Source: an uncultured bacterium
Lineage (GTDB): Bacteria > Fidelibacterota > Marinisomatia > Marinisomatales > TCS55
NCBI GenBank assembly: GCA_964442015.1
Contig: CAYTYA010000001.1
Coordinates: 520 to 64,519 of the forward strand
Reading direction: 5' to 3'
DNA length: 64,000 bases
How positions within the stretch are numbered: the stretch's first letter is position 1; every line of letters starts with the position of its first letter. The notes beneath the pieces are model-generated. The model ran no database searches and was not told where the DNA came from. It was given only the letters and a program-made list of their open reading frames with translations. This document shows, piece after piece, positions 36,780 through 47,097 of this stretch. The position numbers and the translations under genes are program-made.

Positions 36780-37822
36780 TCTTTGTGAGATGTCAAAATG
36801 TCTATCATACTATCAATTTGCTGAGCTAGCTGTGGAGGAGATGCGTGTTGAACTGATAGCTTTAATTTCATGAGTCTCAGTTTGATTGAATCTTCATGTT
36901 TTCTAAGAGCTTCTTCAACCAATTCTAAAGCTTTTTGTCTTTCTCCTTTTTCCTCAAGTACATTTGCAATTTTAGCCAAAGCATGTAGATTTTCAGGGTT
37001 GTTTTTTAACGCACGCTGATAAAATTTTTCAACTTCACTAAAACGTCCTAAATCAAATAAAGCAGCTTCAATCTTTGAGTAAACAGTATAACCATTTTCA
37101 GTATCTAATAATGCAAATTGTTCCCAATGCTCTAAAGCTTTGATAAGATTTCTATTTTCAGAAAATAAATTCCCAAGATGCAGATGAGGAAATCCAAAAT
37201 TAGGTGATAATGATATCGCTTTATTGAAACATTGTTCAGCTCCATTACGATCATCATTCTCAAATTTTTCCATTCCTTCATACACTTTAAATCTTGCAAA
37301 ACGAGTTATATCACTTTTATTATTTTTTTCTATAGTTTTTATTAATTGAGCAGCTTGACTCCAATCATGATTTTTTTCAGCTAAATCAAGTAAAAATTCA
37401 TTAGCCCAAAAATCTTTTTTGTCAATATTTAAAATCATTTCAGCTTCTTTTTTTGCTAATGAGATTTCATTAATGCTTAAATAGTCTTTTGCAAGCGATT
37501 GGTGTATTTGATTTTGAAGTTTATCATCTAATCCAGGACGCACAGTAAGAGATTGATGTATTTTTATAGCACTTTGAGAATTTCCCTGCTCACGAAGAAT
37601 ATCTCCAAGTTGCAAATAAGCATCTAAGTGATTTGTGTTTTGCTTAACAACGTCTCTCAATAACCGAATAGCATTATCGGCGTCACCTCTTACAAGCATA
37701 TTCAATGCTTCAGTATACAGTGTATTTGAATTAGTCTTTTGTATTGGTTTTTTTTTATAATAGAAATAAAAACTGGCACCTAATGCAATCACCAGTATTG
37801 ATAGAAGAATAAATAATTCCAA
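36776..37822 (-). CDS. membrane-anchored TPR repeat protein, LapB/YciM-like but without rubredoxin-type Cys motifs
   Basis: 348 aa with an N-terminal TM helix followed by multiple TPRs. It lies directly downstream of the LapA-like gene. No C-terminal CxxC pairs are present. Confidence 0.5.
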   Translation of the reverse strand: MELFILLSILVIALGASFYFYYKKKPIQKTNSNTLYTEALNMLVRGDADNAIRLLRDVVKQNTNHLDAYLQLGDILREQGNSQSAIKIHQSLTVRPGLDDKLQNQIHQSLAKDYLSINEISLAKKEAEMILNIDKKDFWANEFLLDLAEKNHDWSQAAQLIKTIEKNNKSDITRFARFKVYEGMEKFENDDRNGAEQCFNKAISLSPNFGFPHLHLGNLFSENRNLIKALEHWEQFALLDTENGYTVYSKIEAALFDLGRFSEVEKFYQRALKNNPENLHALAKIANVLEEKGERQKALELVEEALRKHEDSIKLRLMKLKLSVQHASPPQLAQQIDSMIDILTSHKE

Positions 37823-37824
37823 AG

Positions 37825-38142
37825 TTAATCTTCTCCATCATCATTATCATATATACCTTCATCAATAGCAACATTTCTAAGATCATTAAGTTCATCAGAT
37901 AATCGCCTATTTTTTAATTTCAAAGAACGAGATTCAGATTTGCTTGAAATTATTGAGGTAACTGCTACACCATAGCCAATTAAAATTCCTACAGCAAGAG
38001 CACCTATCATGACAAATGCAATGTTTACTTGTTCATATTGAATAAAAATTAAATCAATGGCTACTTCTTCAGTATTTTTTAACAAAAAAACTAGTATAAG
38101 TACTAAAAATAAGAGTGCACCAAAAATCTTAAATAGTTTCAT
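37825..38142 (-). CDS. LapA/YciS-like (DUF1049) inner-membrane protein
   Basis: 105 aa with two TM helices and an acidic tail. Gene order with the following TPR gene mirrors lapA-lapB. Confidence 0.5.
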   Translation of the reverse strand: MKLFKIFGALLFLVLILVFLLKNTEEVAIDLIFIQYEQVNIAFVMIGALAVGILIGYGVAVTSIISSKSESRSLKLKNRRLSDELNDLRNVAIDEGIYDNDDGED

Positions 38143-39461
38143 TATGCTGCTTCTTTCTTTTTAACTAAATGCCCATGCAAACTAATTCCTTTTGCATCAG
38201 TAATCAATATATCTACAATATCTTTAATATCTTCATTTTCTTTATCAAAAATAACCCATTTATTAGAATCAGTTCTACCAGCCCACTGATTAGTAGATCT
38301 TTTACTATTTTTTTCAACTAAAACTCTTTCAATATTACCTATCATATCTTTATTTCTAATAATAGTATGTTTCTTCTGAAGTTCTATCACTTTTTCTAAT
38401 CTAGCTTGTTTATCAATTTCTGATAATTGGTCTGAATATTCATGTGCTTTCGTTCCCGATCTTGGTGAATATTTAAATGTAAATGCTGAATCAAATTTTA
38501 CTTCATTCATCACATCCAATGTCTTTTCAAATTCAGAATTCGTCTCACCAGGAAAACCAACTATTATATCAGTACTCAAACCACAATTTGGTAATATTTC
38601 TCTAATTCGATTGGATTTTTCGATAAAATGATCTCTTGTATATGTTCTATTCATGCGATTAAGAATTCGATTTGATCCTGCCTGTAATGGAAAATGAACT
38701 GCATTACAAATATTATCATAATGAGCCATGACATGTAGGACTTCATCAGTCATATCTTCGGGGTGAGGAGAAGTGTACCTTAATCTTTCGACTCCAGATA
38801 TATCTGCTATTTCTTTTAATAAATAATCAAAGGAAAAGTTTTTATATTTATAAGAATTAACATTTTGGCCTAATAATGTAATCTCTATAAATCCTTCATC
38901 AACTGCTTTTTTAACTTCATTAACAATACTATTTATACTGCGACTTCTTTCTCGTCCTCTTGTAAATGGAACAATACAAAAAGTGCAAAATTTATCGCAT
39001 CCACGCATAATAGATACCCATGCATTGATGCCCTCTTTTCTTGAAGGAAAAAAATTATCATAAACTTCATATCTAGATAATTGAGTGTCTACTATATTTT
39101 CTTTATCTTCCATTTTACGTTCAAGTAATTCCGGTAGTTTTCTATAAGAATCGGGTCCGAGAATGATATCCACATATGGCTTAGTATCAAGAATATCATC
39201 TTTTAAATGCTGTGCCATACATCCTAATACACCAATTATTACGTCAGGGTTATTATGTTTTATTCTTGAAAAAACTCCTAGACGAGAATGCACCTTTTCT
39301 TCGGCATGTTCTCTAATTGCACATGTATTCACAAAAATAATATCCGCCTTATCCATAGAATCAATGGAAGAATATTTTTTGGCTTTAAGTATGCCCTGAA
39401 TGATTTCGGAATCTGCCACATTCATTTGGCATCCATAAGTTTCTAGGTAATATTTACCCAT
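38142..39461 (-). CDS. miaB: tRNA (N6-isopentenyl-adenosine-37) methylthiotransferase
   Basis: UPF0004 N-terminus YLETYGCQMNVADSE, radical-SAM motif CDKFCTFCIVP and a C-terminal TRAM domain. 439 aa. Confidence 0.9.
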   Translation of the reverse strand: MGKYYLETYGCQMNVADSEIIQGILKAKKYSSIDSMDKADIIFVNTCAIREHAEEKVHSRLGVFSRIKHNNPDVIIGVLGCMAQHLKDDILDTKPYVDIILGPDSYRKLPELLERKMEDKENIVDTQLSRYEVYDNFFPSRKEGINAWVSIMRGCDKFCTFCIVPFTRGRERSRSINSIVNEVKKAVDEGFIEITLLGQNVNSYKYKNFSFDYLLKEIADISGVERLRYTSPHPEDMTDEVLHVMAHYDNICNAVHFPLQAGSNRILNRMNRTYTRDHFIEKSNRIREILPNCGLSTDIIVGFPGETNSEFEKTLDVMNEVKFDSAFTFKYSPRSGTKAHEYSDQLSEIDKQARLEKVIELQKKHTIIRNKDMIGNIERVLVEKNSKRSTNQWAGRTDSNKWVIFDKENEDIKDIVDILITDAKGISLHGHLVKKKEAA

Positions 39462-39515
39462 AATATAAATGTTTAATTACGAACCCCAGATTTTATGTGA
39501 GTTATTTGCTCTAAT

Positions 39516-40472
39516 TTATTTGATATACCCACTGAAAAAATAATCCAATGGGTTTTGTGGAACTCCATTACGATGGACTTCATAATGTAAGTGGGGGCCT
39601 GCTGAGCGTCCTGTATTCCCTGATTTACCAATAAGATCACCACGTTTTACTTTTTGTCCCCATTTAACATAAAACTTTGATAAATGTGCAAAAATTGTTC
39701 TATATCCATATCCATGATCCAATTTAATTACTTTTCCAAATCCCCCCTGTCTAGCAGAATATTTAACTACGCCATCAGCAGGTGCATAAATATTTGTACC
39801 AGAGGAGACAGTAATATCTTGGCCATAATGAAAACGAGGTTTACTAGTAAAGGGATCATTGCGATAGCCAAATCCTGAGTTTATATATCCTCCATTTACT
39901 GGACGAATAGATGGAATTGACTTTAAACGATCTGACTCTTTTATTACTTTATTGTAAATATTTGAATAACTAGCAAGTTCCAATTTCACTTTCCTTGTTA
40001 GATTATCAACATTCATCTCTAAATCAATTAATTTACTTGCTGGATCTGATAATTGATTTTCCAATTTAAGAGGTTTCACAACCTCCATACCTCCAATGCC
40101 TAACTTTCTAACATCTTTATCTATTTGAGGCATATTAGCGTAAGTCCTCAATGCGCGATCTTTTTCTTCTATATTCACAACATGTGTAGATAATAAGTCC
40201 ATCTGTTGCTGAAGCTTTGTTAATGTAATTGATAACTGACTATAATCCCTTTTTAGACTCTTTAATTTTGTCTGATATAAGATTTTAGTAAGATAATCTG
40301 TAGCAAAAAATAAACCTGTACCAACAATTGACACACAGAGGAAAACAACTATCAATAATTGTGTTTTAGAAAAATCCCATTGATTACCATTCTCATCATC
40401 ATAAGATATAAATGCATAACGATGATCGTTAATACTAGAGGATATTTTTTTTCGTCTCTTAAGCATAACCAA
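39516..40472 (-). CDS. M23 family metallopeptidase (membrane-anchored, coiled-coil N-terminal region)
   Basis: HxxxD motif (FHYGQDI) and HxH motif (GPHLHYEVH), with a TM anchor and a coiled-coil segment. Confidence 0.8.
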   Translation of the reverse strand: MVMLKRRKKISSSINDHRYAFISYDDENGNQWDFSKTQLLIVVFLCVSIVGTGLFFATDYLTKILYQTKLKSLKRDYSQLSITLTKLQQQMDLLSTHVVNIEEKDRALRTYANMPQIDKDVRKLGIGGMEVVKPLKLENQLSDPASKLIDLEMNVDNLTRKVKLELASYSNIYNKVIKESDRLKSIPSIRPVNGGYINSGFGYRNDPFTSKPRFHYGQDITVSSGTNIYAPADGVVKYSARQGGFGKVIKLDHGYGYRTIFAHLSKFYVKWGQKVKRGDLIGKSGNTGRSAGPHLHYEVHRNGVPQNPLDYFFSGYIK

Positions 40473-40539
40473 GGAAGTTAATAATATTAGTATAATTCCA
40501 AAAGATTTTACTATAAAAACTATAATTAATTCAAAATAT

Positions 40540-41382
40540 TTAATGAATATATATTTTTAATAATTGTGAACGAGTCACATGCCTAAGTCTTTGTAATGCT
40601 CTATCTTTAATTTGCCGCACCCGCTCACTTGATATTTTCAATTCATCCCCAATTTCTTGAAGGTTCTTTTGCTGATTTCCTTCAAAACCAAAATAATAAA
40701 CAAGAATTATCTTTTCTCTTTCCTCTAATGTATCTAGAACAGATAGAATTTCTTTTTCAAGACTATTCTTCATTAGGTTCGCTTCTGGCCTAGGATCATT
40801 TGATGCTAATAAATGTAATAGAGCAGTATCAGAATCTCCAAATGACTCCTCCAAAGAAACGGGTTCAGAGATAATTCTTTTTAGGTCATCTATCCAACTT
40901 GCTGATGTTTTTGTAATTTCAGCAAGTTCATCTGCTGTTGGCTCTCTTTCAATATGCTGTTCTAATTCAACAGATTTTCTATATAACTTACCCATAGATT
41001 CTCTTACATGTGCTGGTAACCTTATCACTCTTCCAGTTTTTTGAATTGCTTGACGTATCCCTTGAGTAATCCACCAAACTGCATAAGAGATAAACCTAAA
41101 TCCACGAGTTTCATCAAACCTATCAACAGCCTTCATTAAACCTAAATTCCCCTCATTTATAAGATCTTCAAAAGGAATACCTTGACCTTGAAATTTTTTA
41201 GCTACAGCAACTACAAAACGTAGATTATGAGTAATTAGCTTATTTATCGCCTCTAAGTCTCCTTTTTTGGCAAGCTCTGCCAAAATAATTTCTTCTTTCG
41301 GATTAAGAGGTTTATAGTTTTTTATCTCGTCTAGGTATAATTCAAGGGAACGTTTATTACCTATGTCAGGCCTATTATTCAA
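40540..41382 (-). CDS. sigma-70 family RNA polymerase sigma factor (RpoD/RpoS-like, regions 2-4)
   Basis: Region 2 (HNLRFVVAVAKKF, EGNLGLMKAVDRFD, YAVWWITQGIRQAI) and region 4.2 HTH (LQEIGDELKISSERVRQIKDRALQRLR). 280 aa with no region 1.1. Confidence 0.85.
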   Translation of the reverse strand: MNNRPDIGNKRSLELYLDEIKNYKPLNPKEEIILAELAKKGDLEAINKLITHNLRFVVAVAKKFQGQGIPFEDLINEGNLGLMKAVDRFDETRGFRFISYAVWWITQGIRQAIQKTGRVIRLPAHVRESMGKLYRKSVELEQHIEREPTADELAEITKTSASWIDDLKRIISEPVSLEESFGDSDTALLHLLASNDPRPEANLMKNSLEKEILSVLDTLEEREKIILVYYFGFEGNQQKNLQEIGDELKISSERVRQIKDRALQRLRHVTRSQLLKIYIH

Positions 41383-41398
41383 AATAGATCAGCTATAA

Positions 41399-41869
41399 TT
41401 AATCTTTATTAGAAATTGATTCTTTTAAATTTTCATCTTCAGAATCAATTTCTTCATTAATTTCTTTTTCTTTATTTTGATCGTCTAAATTAGGATTATC
41501 TGTTATTGCAAATTCGATATCTGCATCAGGGATATTGTACTCCTCTTTTATATCTCTGATATCAGTTATTTTTTTATCAATTTTTAATTGAATTTTATCA
41601 ATTTTTTCAACAAGATGAAAAAACTCCTGGTTGCCTGAAAAGTTTACCATATTTTCATCTTTTGCATATTTTGTAACCATCCGTCCCATGTCTTCAAATA
41701 AAGTTGACAACTCTCGCTGTAACTGATGTTCCTCAATCTTAATTTTACTTATTTTAGTTAATTCTTCAGTCTTCGCAACTGCAATTTTACTAACCTCTTC
41801 CGCTTTCTCTACAGCCGCCGAACTCCAATCCTTCATATTTTTTTTTAAATCATTCCATAGTTTGGTCAT
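41399..41869 (-). CDS. hypothetical coiled-coil acidic protein
   Basis: 156 aa, Lys/Glu-rich with a heptad-like pattern. No family recognised. Confidence 0.4.
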   Translation of the reverse strand: MTKLWNDLKKNMKDWSSAAVEKAEEVSKIAVAKTEELTKISKIKIEEHQLQRELSTLFEDMGRMVTKYAKDENMVNFSGNQEFFHLVEKIDKIQLKIDKKITDIRDIKEEYNIPDADIEFAITDNPNLDDQNKEKEINEEIDSEDENLKESISNKD

Positions 41870-41896
41870 TTTATAATATCCTAGGTTTAAATATGA

Positions 41897-42064
41897 TTAG
41901 TTTGTTTTATTAAGAAAAAGATTTGCCACATAAAAAATCCCTGCTCCAATGACTAAAGATGATAACTCTATATCCATATTACGTAATCGTATACCTAATA
42001 CAAAGCCAGAAATTATAATTATCATTGCAAATAATTGAATTCCTCTAAGAAAAGCGTATTTCAT
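41897..42064 (-). CDS. candidate small membrane protein (55 aa), not in the ORF track
   Basis: My translation is MKYAFLRGIQLFAMIIIISGFVLGIRLRNMDIELSSLVIGAGIFYVANLFLNKTN, with two hydrophobic segments. It fills the only otherwise unexplained ~175-nt gap in the minus-strand run and overlaps the upstream gene end by 20 nt. Confidence 0.25.
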   Translation of the reverse strand: MKYAFLRGIQLFAMIIIISGFVLGIRLRNMDIELSSLVIGAGIFYVANLFLNKTN

Positions 42065-43109
42065 ATTGATTAGCAAGTTTAATACTTTTAATAATTTTTT
42101 TCCAATTCCAATTATATGCTGATCTTAAAATATTTACAGGGTTTTTACTTTTTTCAAACCTATTTACCCAATAGTTAACATTATCAATTGATAAGTTTTC
42201 AAATAAAAGCCTATTAGCAAATGAAATTCTTCTCTTATTATTTAAATCACGATTAATAATCTTCGATTGGTAATTTTTACCAGATAATTTGTATGCAGCA
42301 GAGAGTCCAGAATACATTGCCATCCTCATACCAAATCCAAATAGATAATCTTGATATCCACCGGCTTCACCTATCATTATAGGGCAGGCTCTATTCCAAA
42401 GCTTAGGCAGATTAAAACTACCTCTGTTAGCAAATTTACTTTTAACCTCAAAATCAAACCCATGTGTTTTAAAATATTGTATACATGGATTTAATGGATC
42501 AATGGATTTTGAACTTTTCTTAAATGCTGTTGCTATGGTACCAAAACCATCTATAATAATTAAATATGCGTAACCTCTTGGTGCAAATTGTTTTCCAAGT
42601 AATAAATGTACTTGGTTTGGCAAATCAGTTACAATTTGTGCTCCACGAATATATGCTGCTGCGCGATATGCCCCTGTTGCATTAATATCGGATTCAAGAA
42701 TATTATAATGTTGATTAAATCGAAATCTGACATTTAAACTATTACATATTTCCGCCAAATAATTATCAAATGAACCACTAGAAGAACCTCTCTTAACTAT
42801 ATAGAAAAAAGGTTCCTGAGATTTAATTTTAACAGGTAAAACACCATTTAAATGGACAGAAAATTCAAATATGGGGAATTTTGGAATACCATTAAAATCT
42901 ATACCACATTCGATAATTGATTCGGATACATTTTTTGAAAACATCCAATTTTCTATGCCCTCAAAATCTCCATCTCTAGAATCACCAATATTACCCTTCT
43001 TTTCATAAATTGTTACAGATTTACCAAATTTAGATAGATTGATTGCTGCTGTCATTCCAGCAATACCAGCACCAACAATATTGATTTTAGAATTTTCTTT
43101 TTTTTTCAA
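42045..43109 (-). CDS. FAD/NAD(P)-binding oxidoreductase (geranylgeranyl-reductase-like fold)
   Basis: N-terminal dinucleotide motif INIVGAGIAGMTAAINLSKFGKSVTIYEKK. 354 aa. Confidence 0.55.
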   Translation of the reverse strand: MKKKENSKINIVGAGIAGMTAAINLSKFGKSVTIYEKKGNIGDSRDGDFEGIENWMFSKNVSESIIECGIDFNGIPKFPIFEFSVHLNGVLPVKIKSQEPFFYIVKRGSSSGSFDNYLAEICNSLNVRFRFNQHYNILESDINATGAYRAAAYIRGAQIVTDLPNQVHLLLGKQFAPRGYAYLIIIDGFGTIATAFKKSSKSIDPLNPCIQYFKTHGFDFEVKSKFANRGSFNLPKLWNRACPIMIGEAGGYQDYLFGFGMRMAMYSGLSAAYKLSGKNYQSKIINRDLNNKRRISFANRLLFENLSIDNVNYWVNRFEKSKNPVNILRSAYNWNWKKIIKSIKLANQYEIRFS

Positions 43110-43125
43110 AAATTGAAATTATTTG

Positions 43126-44715
43126 TTAACAAATAATTTGTTGGACAGATAAAATTTCTGGTATATCAACTAATAATTGAATAATAGAAGAAGGAACTTC
43201 TGCATCTAATCTTATTAATGCAAAGGCTTCATCCATTTCAGATGTATTGCTTAAGATATATGCACCTATATTAATTTTATTTTCACCTAAAAGTGTTCCA
43301 ACTTTTCCAATTACACCAGGGACATCTTCGTTTTTAATAAATAATAAGTTCCCCATTGGGTTTATATCCATTTCATATCCTAAAATTTTAACTAATCGCA
43401 GCTGGTTACCATCAAAAACACTACCATCAAGCATGTTTTCTGCATTACCAGATACTACACAAGAATTAATTAGATTAGTATAAGAACCGTCTTCGTTATT
43501 TGCCCCATATTCAATAATAACACCTCTTTCTTTTGCAAGAAATTCAGCATTAATATAATTCACTCTATCAGGAACAAGATCATTTAATAATCCTTTGATA
43601 AAAGATAACATAAATGGTTTAATATCATCAAAAGGTCCTTGAACATTCACTTTTACTTTTTGGATAGCACCTTGAGCTAGTTGCCCTTGAATAATACCCA
43701 TTTTTTCTGCAAGTAATAAATGGGGTTGAATCTGTTTTAACATATTCATATCACCTATAGGAATATTTAATGCACTTGAAAGCTTATTATCAATAATATA
43801 GTCTCTTACTAATTCACAAATTGTTACTGATACTCCTTCTTTAGCTTCCTTAGTAGAAGCACCAAGATGAGGAGTCATAAGAATATTATCAATATTAGTA
43901 AAAGGATGGTCTTTTTTAATAGGCTCTTGTACAAAAACATCTATAGCAGCACCAGCAATTATCCCCTCTTTAACTGCAACAGCTAAATCTTCTTCATTAA
44001 TAATTCCTCCACGAGCAACATTTATTATCATTGCTGTTGATTTCATCATCTTGATTCTTTCTAAATCAAACAGATTATCTGTAGATTCTAGTTTTGGTAC
44101 ATGTACTGAAATAAAATCAGATTGTCTTGTCAGAGAATCTAAATCAGTTAATGTAACTTCATCTTGACTAAAAATATTATCAGCTATATATGGATCAAAA
44201 CCTATTACACTCATACCAAATGATAAACATCTGGTCATCACTTCTCTGCCAATTTTCCCTAAGCCAACTATACCTATGGTCTTATTTCTAAGCTCAGTGC
44301 CGATAAGATTATTGCGATCCCAGTTTCCAGCATTAAGTCTTTGATTGCCTATAGAAATGTTTCTAGCTAATGATAACATGATGCCAATTGTGTGTTCAGC
44401 TGCAGATACAGTATTAACATCTGGCGTATTCATCACAATAATTCCCTTTTGAGTAGCTGCAGGAATATCAATGTTATCTACACCAACACCAGCACGTCCA
44501 ATAACCTGTAGTTTTTTTGCAGTATTTATTAATTCTTCATCAATTATAGTTCCACTTCGAATGATCCATCCATCAATTTCTGAAACTATATTTAACAATT
44601 CTTTCTTTTCAACATCTGTATTATAAACTATACTAATATTTGCATTCTTTAATACAGAAAGGCCTGCATCTGAAAGTGGGTCCGTAATGAGAACTTTAAT
44701 TTTATTATCTTTCAT
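43126..44715 (-). CDS. serA: D-3-phosphoglycerate dehydrogenase (long form with ASB and ACT domains)
   Basis: 529 aa with [23 protein letters not shown], the catalytic region ARGGII...TPHLGAST and a C-terminal ACT-like segment. Confidence 0.9.
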   Translation of the reverse strand: MKDNKIKVLITDPLSDAGLSVLKNANISIVYNTDVEKKELLNIVSEIDGWIIRSGTIIDEELINTAKKLQVIGRAGVGVDNIDIPAATQKGIIVMNTPDVNTVSAAEHTIGIMLSLARNISIGNQRLNAGNWDRNNLIGTELRNKTIGIVGLGKIGREVMTRCLSFGMSVIGFDPYIADNIFSQDEVTLTDLDSLTRQSDFISVHVPKLESTDNLFDLERIKMMKSTAMIINVARGGIINEEDLAVAVKEGIIAGAAIDVFVQEPIKKDHPFTNIDNILMTPHLGASTKEAKEGVSVTICELVRDYIIDNKLSSALNIPIGDMNMLKQIQPHLLLAEKMGIIQGQLAQGAIQKVKVNVQGPFDDIKPFMLSFIKGLLNDLVPDRVNYINAEFLAKERGVIIEYGANNEDGSYTNLINSCVVSGNAENMLDGSVFDGNQLRLVKILGYEMDINPMGNLLFIKNEDVPGVIGKVGTLLGENKINIGAYILSNTSEMDEAFALIRLDAEVPSSIIQLLVDIPEILSVQQIIC

Positions 44716-46966
44716 TTTCTCGAATCAAATTAAGGGCTGATCCTGCTCTAAACCAAGCTATCTGTGTATCATTATAGGTATGATTACAGTTAATAATATC
44801 AATATCTGAATTACTATGCTTAATCTCCATACTAATTGTCTTTCCAGGAGAAATCTCATCAAGATCAATAAATGAGAACAAATCATCTTCTAATATTTTA
44901 TCATAATCAGAAGGATCATTAAATGTAAGAGCCAGCATTCCTTGTTTTTTAAGATTTGTTTCATGAATTCTTGCAAATGATTTAACAAGAATTACACGCA
45001 CACCTAAATGTCTTGGCTCCATAGCCGCATGCTCTCTTGAAGAACCTTCACCATAGTTCTCATCACCTACTACAATAGACATAATATTATTCTTTTTATA
45101 ATATCTTTGTACAAGAGGAACTGGTCCATAATCTCCAGTAAGTTGATTTTTAACTAAATTGGATTTTTTATTAAAATAATTAATTGCTCCAGTCAACATA
45201 TTATCAGAAATATTATCTAAATGACCACGATATTTTAACCAAGGTCCTGCCATAGATATATGATCAGTAGTACATTTTCCTTTTGCTTTAATTAATAATT
45301 TCAAATTAATAAAATTATCTCCTTTCCATTTTGAGAAAGGAGTAAGCAACTGTAATCGTTTTGATTCTGGATCTACAATAATCTTATTAGAAGAACCATT
45401 TATAGTTGGTGCTTGGTAACCTAAATCTTCAACGTCAAATCCATTTGCAGGCAAATCTAAACCAATAGGTGGATCTAACATTACTTCTTCTAAATTCTTA
45501 TTAACTAAAGTATCTTTAATTGGATTAAATGAAAGATCTCCTGAAATTGCAAGAGCAGTTACAAGCTCTGGGGATCCTACAAAAGCATATGTATTTGGAT
45601 TGCCATCATTTCGTTTAGAAAAATTTCTATTAAATGATGTAAGTATTGTATTTTTTTTATCTGGATCATCTGAATGCCTATCCCATTGCCCTATACATGG
45701 GCCACAAGCATTTGCCAAGACGACTCCACCAATCTCTTCAAATACGCTTAGTAAGCCATCTCTATTTACTGTATACCTTACTTGCTCACTTCCAGGTGTT
45801 ATAGTAAAATCACTATTTACACTAAGATTTTTATCTATTGCTTGCTTTGCTACGCTTGCTGAACGAGATATATCTTCATAAGATGAATTTGTACATGATC
45901 CAATAAGACTCACTTCAATCTTGGTTGGCCAATCATTCTTCTCTGCTTCCTTAGCCATTTCAGATATTGGTGTTGCCCGATCAGGAGTAAATGGGCCATT
46001 TAAATGAGGTTCTAATTCAGATAAATTAACCTCTATTACTTTATCGAAGAATAATTCTGGATCAGAATAAACTTCATCATCCGCTTGTAGATAATTTTTA
46101 AAACTATCAGCTAATTTTACGACTTCAGATCGTCCGGTTAAATGAAGATATTTGGCCATATTTTCATCATAACCAAAAATAGATGTTGTCGCACCTATTT
46201 CAGCACCCATATTGCATATTGTTCCTTTACCAGTACAAGAGAGCGTCTTTGCTCCTGATCCAAAATACTCTACTATTGCACCAGTACCTCCTTTTACGGA
46301 TAATAATCCTGCAACTTTTAAAATAATATCTTTAGATGATGCCCATCCATTTAGCTCACCAATAAGTTTAATGCCAATTAGTTTAGGGAATAATAATTCC
46401 CATGGCATTCCTGCCATGACATCAACCGCATCTGCACCACCCACTCCAATAGCTATCATACCAAGACCACCAGCATTTACTGTATGACTATCCGTACCTA
46501 TCATCATCCCTCCAGGAAATGCGTAGTTCTCAAGAATAACTTGATGAATTATTCCTGCACCAGGTTTCCAGAAACCAATTCCATATTTATTTGATACTGA
46601 CTCCAAAAAATCATATACTTCTCCATTAGTATCTAAAGCAACAGATAAATCTTTTTTTGCATCAACTTTTGCTTGGATGAGATGATCGCAATGAACTGTA
46701 GTGGGCTTTGCAACTGTACTTTTACCAGCCATCATAAATTGTAATAATGCCATTTGAGCTGTAGCATCCTGCATAGCTACACGATCTGGCGAAAATTCTA
46801 CGTAAGATTCTGATCTTATATATTCCTCATCAAAATCATTTTTAAATAGGTGACTATATAATATTTTTTCAGAATAAGTCAATGGGCGTTGGAGTATATC
46901 CTTTGCAAAATCTATTCGTTTTGACATATTGGTATACAAATCTTTGATTATTTCAAAATCAAACAT
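44705..46966 (-). CDS. acnA: aconitate hydratase (about 750-aa mitochondrial-like type)
   Basis: Fe-S ligand motifs [12 protein letters not shown] and [11 protein letters not shown], the IGTDSHT block, and a C-terminal swivel domain ([10 protein letters not shown]). Confidence 0.9.
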   Translation of the reverse strand: MFDFEIIKDLYTNMSKRIDFAKDILQRPLTYSEKILYSHLFKNDFDEEYIRSESYVEFSPDRVAMQDATAQMALLQFMMAGKSTVAKPTTVHCDHLIQAKVDAKKDLSVALDTNGEVYDFLESVSNKYGIGFWKPGAGIIHQVILENYAFPGGMMIGTDSHTVNAGGLGMIAIGVGGADAVDVMAGMPWELLFPKLIGIKLIGELNGWASSKDIILKVAGLLSVKGGTGAIVEYFGSGAKTLSCTGKGTICNMGAEIGATTSIFGYDENMAKYLHLTGRSEVVKLADSFKNYLQADDEVYSDPELFFDKVIEVNLSELEPHLNGPFTPDRATPISEMAKEAEKNDWPTKIEVSLIGSCTNSSYEDISRSASVAKQAIDKNLSVNSDFTITPGSEQVRYTVNRDGLLSVFEEIGGVVLANACGPCIGQWDRHSDDPDKKNTILTSFNRNFSKRNDGNPNTYAFVGSPELVTALAISGDLSFNPIKDTLVNKNLEEVMLDPPIGLDLPANGFDVEDLGYQAPTINGSSNKIIVDPESKRLQLLTPFSKWKGDNFINLKLLIKAKGKCTTDHISMAGPWLKYRGHLDNISDNMLTGAINYFNKKSNLVKNQLTGDYGPVPLVQRYYKKNNIMSIVVGDENYGEGSSREHAAMEPRHLGVRVILVKSFARIHETNLKKQGMLALTFNDPSDYDKILEDDLFSFIDLDEISPGKTISMEIKHSNSDIDIINCNHTYNDTQIAWFRAGSALNLIRENER

Positions 46967-47097
46967 AAAAAATCATTAACCTTTCTAACATATTGGAACT
47001 GAAATACTAAATAATCGTATTAAATCTAATATTAATAGATTATTAAATCGTCATAATTCAAACTCAATAGATCCAAAATATCTAAATTCAGATACTC

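Noticed and set aside
36776-37822. Calling the TPR protein a bona fide LapB
   Set aside because: The C-terminal rubredoxin-type Cys pairs are absent, so only LapB-like is justified. The call rests mainly on adjacency to a DUF1049 gene.
39516-41382. Possible nlpD-rpoS-like pairing of an M23 peptidase and a sigma factor
   Set aside because: The gene order is reversed relative to the enterobacterial nlpD-rpoS arrangement. The M23 protein has a TM anchor and coiled coil instead of a lipobox and LysM. The sigma factor cannot be assigned to RpoS from sequence alone.
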